This document shows positions 58,141-64,000 of a stretch of 64,000 nucleotides of DNA, piece after piece. The notes below the pieces were generated by a model. It was not told the DNA's origin and did no database searches. It was given only the letters and a program-made list of their open reading frames with translations. Within the stretch, counting starts at the first letter, position 1. Every line of letters begins with the position of its first letter. This stretch comes from Acanthaster planci. Its lineage: Eukaryota. Location of the stretch: the NCBI RefSeq assembly GCF_001949145.1, contig NW_019091355.1, forward strand, positions 243,720 to 307,719. Reading direction: 5' to 3'. The translations under genes were made by a program, and so were the position numbers.

Positions 58141-58175
58141 ACGTCATGGCAACAGAAACCTGGTTGCCTGGCAAC
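58141..58175. promoter_or_regulatory. Paired RFX X-box-like sites
   Basis: ACGTCATGGCAAC (58141-58153) and GTTGCCTGGCAAC (58163-58175), immediately upstream of a minus-strand splice donor at 58112. Confidence 0.6.
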
Positions 58176-61100
58176 CAATCAATATTGTGAATAATGAAAA
58201 GGACAAAATTATAGAGATGGACGAACTGCATGAGGATAACAATGCCACAGGCTAAGCTAAGGAATTATTGATGCTTGCAATATGGATAGCATCGTTTACT
58301 CAGTGGAACATGCAATGTTTATGTGGGATGTTACATTAGACTCGACACCATTATGTGCACTTCTAGTAATTTAAAACCAAATGTTTTCAGGTACAGTCAT
58401 GAGACAATTCTGCTTGAAGAAGACACCACGAGTTATCAACTTTGACATTTGCAGTGTGTATGGCAGAAGTTACCAGTATTTCCATGGAATAATCATTTAA
58501 AATATCACAACTTTTGGTAAATTCAACCTACTGGTACCTGTGTATGTAACCTCCCCCATCCCATTCCCTGAGGGAAAAGGGTTGTGAAAACATCCAAATA
58601 CCGTCTTCTTTTGAGACAAAAAAAAATTTCCACTTATCCAGTATCTACATTGTACATACGCCCACTTTTAAGGATTATGGACATGTTTACAACTCATAAA
58701 ATCTAAAAGCTGCTATACAGTGTATATGCAAACACTTCCAACTCCTTCAATTGAAACAAATGGAGTTGTAAAGATTCAATCTAATTCCTTGAGATGTTAT
58801 GTAGTTATCAAATTTGCTGAAGAATGAAAACAACATAAAAAAGTCATTTCCTTTGCCTGTTCACAATGGAATAGCCTCATTTAATATTTCTTAACTTTTA
58901 TTGCTGGCACAAGTCCAACACTAGAGGGCTCCCATCACAATAAAGAAATCCAATTTTGCCGTAAAGTATAAATTTGTATAAAATAAAAGGTTCACTTTTC
59001 AGAACACTAGAGGGGGTAGATCATCACACCATAAAAGTGATGAAATTTTTGAGAAACCACAACATTTTCAGTGAACACTTCATTAAAATTGCCAATTAGA
59101 CTACACTGTACACACAACGCCAAACATTTCGCACATCTTCATGCACTGTCAGTGTTAGCCGACACTCTGACCATGTCAAGAATGCAACACACCTTTGAAA
59201 ATTCATGCTAAAGACAACAATTCTGAGAAGAAATCTAAATGAAGTGTGTGTGATTTAGGCTCTTCTGCACCTGAATATCCTAAAACAAAAAAGTTAGTTG
59301 TTATGCCAAATCAAGTTGACAATTCTGTTTAGCTTAATCTTAGACTGGGTGAGGTAAGCTGTCTCAAGGATGTCTTTCCTTCTTCCTCTTCAACAGAAGC
59401 TAATGGTTAATACATGTACATGTCCATACTAGACAGTTATGGCATCAAGGACAGAGATAATCCTAATGCAAGAGAGCAAACTACTGAATGTGAGATAAAA
59501 TATATTTCAAGGACTTTTAAAGCTGTTTTCTCACAAAAACCTGGGCAGCTTTGCTGAAGGAGAAACTCTACGGTTGAGCTGTACATGTAGGTTCCGGATT
59601 CGTTCTAAACATTTTGGTTTATTGTCTGAAAGTTTCCAAATTTGGAGGTGGCAACTTAGAGCCTGCATTTAATTTTTCTTTTTGACCATACCAACCAACA
59701 CATTCAGGAACAATGACTTCATACGTACTGAATTTAAACCACTCAGGTTGCTGGAGGGAAAGTGAGGAACACAATGAACCACTCTCACTGGTCTTAAACT
59801 ATGAACAGAAGACAATGTCCTGCAAACAGTGTTTCAAATACAATGTCTCAAATCACTGAAAAATCTTTTTAGATATCACTGGCCCAACTTTTGATGTAGG
59901 CACATCCCGCTCTCTGGTAATCAAAGACCTTCCTCTTTTCAAGAATGTCAACCAAAGTTTTCTTTAGCTTTGCTACAGTAGATCGGATTACTGTGCTCTC
60001 AGGTTCTGGCATGCCAACTGCCAAGAATTCTTGTTGGATTGCTCTGACAAAAAAAATGTTGCAGTCTTGTAAGGCTTCCAGCACAAAGACCAAATCTTAA
60101 GAGACCCTATAAAACCTGATGAAGGAGTCTAAGATCATGTAAGGAAAACTAAAGGGAGTGCCTGCCAACTCCCACAGCCTAATAAAAAACAGTGTCATCA
60201 ATTCTGGAGAGACTGACTGTAATGCTTCTAATCCCCCTGCCCTTGAGGGACTAGCGGCCCAGCAGCTGCAGAATTATTTATTCAGGTATTAAGGTTCTGG
60301 ACACTCAACATCTGTGCGGAATTTCGAATGTTTTCCCTTGGATCCGAAAGCATTTGTGGCCATTTGTATTTCGCCCAGTTCAATCATTTTATTCCTCTAT
60401 GATTCAATCAATTCTTTTTTCTTGTTCTACTACCTACAGCACGGTACATGTACTGTATTTGAAGACTCATCGTGACGATTATTTTGCTTCCCTTTAAATA
60501 CATGTACATACAGTCCATCTGTTTAGCACTCCTATACCCATTTAATTTCAGTGCCTGAACATTAAACCATAGAACAAAGCCAGAGAGAGTTCAAACAAAA
60601 AGTCATTCCAGTTGAAGGGATTAAAAGCGAAAATACTGGTACTTGTATCCAACATCTGACTTACATGCAAGTGCTACAGAAATAGTCCATGGTTTAGGTT
60701 TGTTTTGAAACTGAGCTCACTTGGCTAGGAAACTGAATTGGTGGAGGGATTATTGGTCATCTCATGGTCATCTGAATACAGGAGAAATGGTTGCTTTTAT
60801 TGATCCCTCACAAATAGCCCCTCCACCCACAGTGGTATTATGCTCTACCCCTGGCATCTATGTACTAACTGACAGACAATTCAATAAACACTCCTTAATT
60901 ATCATTTAGCTTGACACTTCCGAACAAAAGAGTGCAAATAATAACATTCTAGGTCTCTTTAAACTTACAGAAAGCCTCCCATCAAGGAGAGACTATTAAT
61001 TATCCTAGTATCCATTGTAGTGGTCCAAATGACCTTAATCCATCCACAACCTTCAGAAACTACATGTACCTGTACAGGTATGGTACATGCAGACTATTCC

Positions 61101-64000
61101 TTGATCTAGAAATACTAAACAAAACCAAAGACTTTAAACTTTGTGCCACAAGCAATATCAGAACCATTGCAAGGTCTTGAATTTCATACATTTTTGAAAT
61201 TTTACACACAAACAAAATTAAAACTACTCTTCATGTATTTTGGTTTGGAATTCCCTGTTTGAGGAACTTACAAATAGAAGCCATCTGCATACAGACTTAT
61301 TGCACCTGACACATGTACAGGTACCACTATCAACCTACATGTCATGCATGTACAAACTGTTAGGCTGTCTGGAATTTAGCAGGTTAATCTCTTGCACTTA
61401 CTACTCAACTGTTTAATTTGTAACTTCAATATTATAATCAGTACGTGTGGGAATGCCACACTTACCAATTTGGTCTATGGGCTGCAAGAATGCGAATTGA
61501 TCAACCGATCAATGCAATGGGATCAAAATAAAGTTCTCTGGAAATGGACAAAGGGAAGTCTCCTTAATTTGGGTCCCAAGATCAATATTGGCTGATGAAT
61601 ATTTAATGTAGAGAAGGGGATTTATTTCCCCTTTACAGACGCAGTGATGGAAGGTTAGAGATGTAAACAGACTAATGCCACATAACAAATTATAGTAGAC
61701 ATGAATATTTAACAGGAAGAGATTATTTGGTAGCGGAATGTGACATAAACAAGGATGTCGCTGATTTCACAAAATTGTTCCTAGGTCAATAAGTTGGAAG
61801 ATGCCATAAAGTGTCTTTGTTTCTGAAATCATGAAATACAGAGAAATAACAACTTGCAGACTACTCCTTATCATGTTTAGGTACACTGTAACATCATGAT
61901 CAATAGCTTGACCATGTAATGAGCATTCCTCATTCCTACACATTATTTTAAACAGCGCAAAGATTTGAAGAGATGGTACTCAGTAGAGTTAATGTTGAGA
62001 AAACAAACCCAGCTCACCAGCAAGCTGCATGGTACATACTGGTATGTTGATGTTTTTGTTTGCATTTTGCCACTTTACTAACTGCACATTAGTGGAGTGT
62101 ACCCTAATTGAACAAGTGGACTCCTCAGAGCCTTATTCCAACATCAGTCCATTTGTAGAGCAAGGCCTCCCCCCATGGTCCATCCTTGCAAGAGTAAAAT
62201 AACTTGTGATCCTTAACGCACTCTGGCCCGGATACTGTGTACATAATACACAATAATATTAAGCATTCTTTACAGGGCAGCTACTTCTGAGACCAGAACT
62301 TAATCCCTTGGCAAGTTGCCTGAAAGTTGGATTGTGCTTGCGCAGGTAATCTAGCATTACAGGTGCACAATACCACGAAGCCAGAGAAGCGTGTTTATTT
62401 GTACTATTGTGTGGTATCCACAACCAACACTTACATTATGGTATTTATGTACAGTGTACATTGTACACTACACATTGGATCACATGGTGAATCAATCTCT
62501 ATGGAGATCCCTCTCAATGCTCTTCTGAGCACTAAACTGGCAATCCCTGGAACTCCTGTGAATTGTGGATCTATAATTGTGTAGTTGACCAATAACCAAA
62601 TAAATTCTTTGACATGGAAGTATTTAAAAAATATGTTTGATACTTCAATACTAATGAATGCTGACTTTAAGTAGGCAATGTTCATTTCTGGTGTTTGCCT
62701 TCCAGACCACCAATGCTTAGGGCATACATGTTCAGCAAAAAGTAACTTCACAGAAGTATCAAAAAGTACACAGTACACAATGACAGTCACATTTGTTACT
62801 AGGAATATACATGTTCTAGTACCGGTTCAAGTACATGAAGATATCATTGGGACCAAAAACATTAGGGAGACAAAACTGTGTCCCAATGACTAGGTTCCGA
62901 CTTTCTTAACAGAAACTGTCCCCTAAATATGGAGAAGGCCTACCCACCTCTACTGCCTACATGTACATGAAATAGACTCACAAAAATCAGTTTTTTTATA
63001 GTCTGGGATAAGGATGCAACAAAAAAATCAAGCTAAACAAACAACATGTACTGGCACTTTGAAAGCTGAGCTTTCATTCAGTGAAGTGTGAAGATTAACT
63101 TGGCAACACCACTCCATATACATGTAAACCCTATTAAACACTTGTCAGTTAATTGATTTCTGGGCCACTCAAAAGAAAACTAAATCCGTTTCATTCACAG
63201 TTGAGGGATTTCTTCCCAGGCATTTGTGAAGTCCAGTTGAAAAGATATTTCAAGCTTGTCTGGTTGCCAATACACATTATTCCAACCTAATCATGCATCA
63301 GTATTATTTCAAAGGAGCCTGTTGGCAGTGGTTGGGTGCATCCCCCCATGTGGGTATTGTCCATGTACCTGTACATGTACATGTAGTGTGTACTCCAGAA
63401 AGGGTTCAATTTCATGTTTATGACTTTCAAAGGAAAACAACTTCACTGTTCCAAGAAGTTTGTAATCTTCCATGTGCTTACAAGGATATAAAGGCTGAAC
63501 GTTTAGCACAATGTTAACTTCCCCAATCCAACAGGTACATGTAACATGAGATCAGGTGTATCTACTGGTAACTACATGTACATGTAAATCATATTGAAAT
63601 CAGAGGGTTTCAGACTGTTAGGGATGTGCTGCAATCAGCACAAGAGAAAAATTGAACATCCTTAATGTACTGTCACTTTATCACAAAGAAACTCTAGATC
63701 TATACATTTACATGTAAAAGAGTTTTCCAGAAATTATATTTAATTTAATAGTGGAGCGAGATTTTGTAAATCACCATTTCAGGTTTCCACATTTTGACAT
63801 TTGTACTAAGTTGTAGCTTTACAGTTCTACTTGGAATGGTTATAAATATCAGTCGGCATTTTCAACATCAGACTTTTCCCTAAGCGAATTATTCTCAATG
63901 AGAACATTACAACAGAAGTAATCACTTGCACTGTAAACATCAATACATTACTGGCATGCCATCTAATAAATTACCTTTTTATTAAAGTACATTTTTAAGT

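Overview
Eukaryotic (animal) genomic DNA, AT-rich and intron-rich. Gene structure and repeat style suggest a marine invertebrate bilaterian; the taxon cannot be fixed from sequence alone. Hand-spliced gene models: (1) last four exons of geranylgeranyl pyrophosphate synthase GGPS1 (+, 203-1021); (2) complete 16-exon Numb-associated kinase of the AAK1/BMP2K family (-, 22061-4822, ~1373 aa) with a polyQ region, a repeated DxFxxxPF tail and one GC-AG intron; (3) complete 14-exon ASH2L (+, 22562-28066, ~629 aa), head-to-head with the kinase; (4) a two-exon uncharacterised coiled-coil protein with a mitochondrial-type presequence (-, 30478-29322); (5) a small secreted protein resembling a stand-alone NtA/TIMP-like (NTR) domain, with a TATA promoter (+, 33554-34021); (6) FAM149 (DUF3719) (-, 12 exons 42275-37131) with a >20 kb 5' region holding RFX X-box-like motifs and several candidate alternative 5' exons. 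Several small non-autonomous DNA transposons (MITEs) with TIRs and target duplications are present. The most striking unexplained signal is a dense set of chained TA-flanked short motifs (TACATGTA, TACCGGTA, TAGGCCTA, TACTAGTA, TACAGTA) in the long introns, which look like accumulated Tc1/mariner excision footprints. No rRNA, tRNA or CRISPR array was recognised. All homology calls are from recalled family motifs, not database searches.
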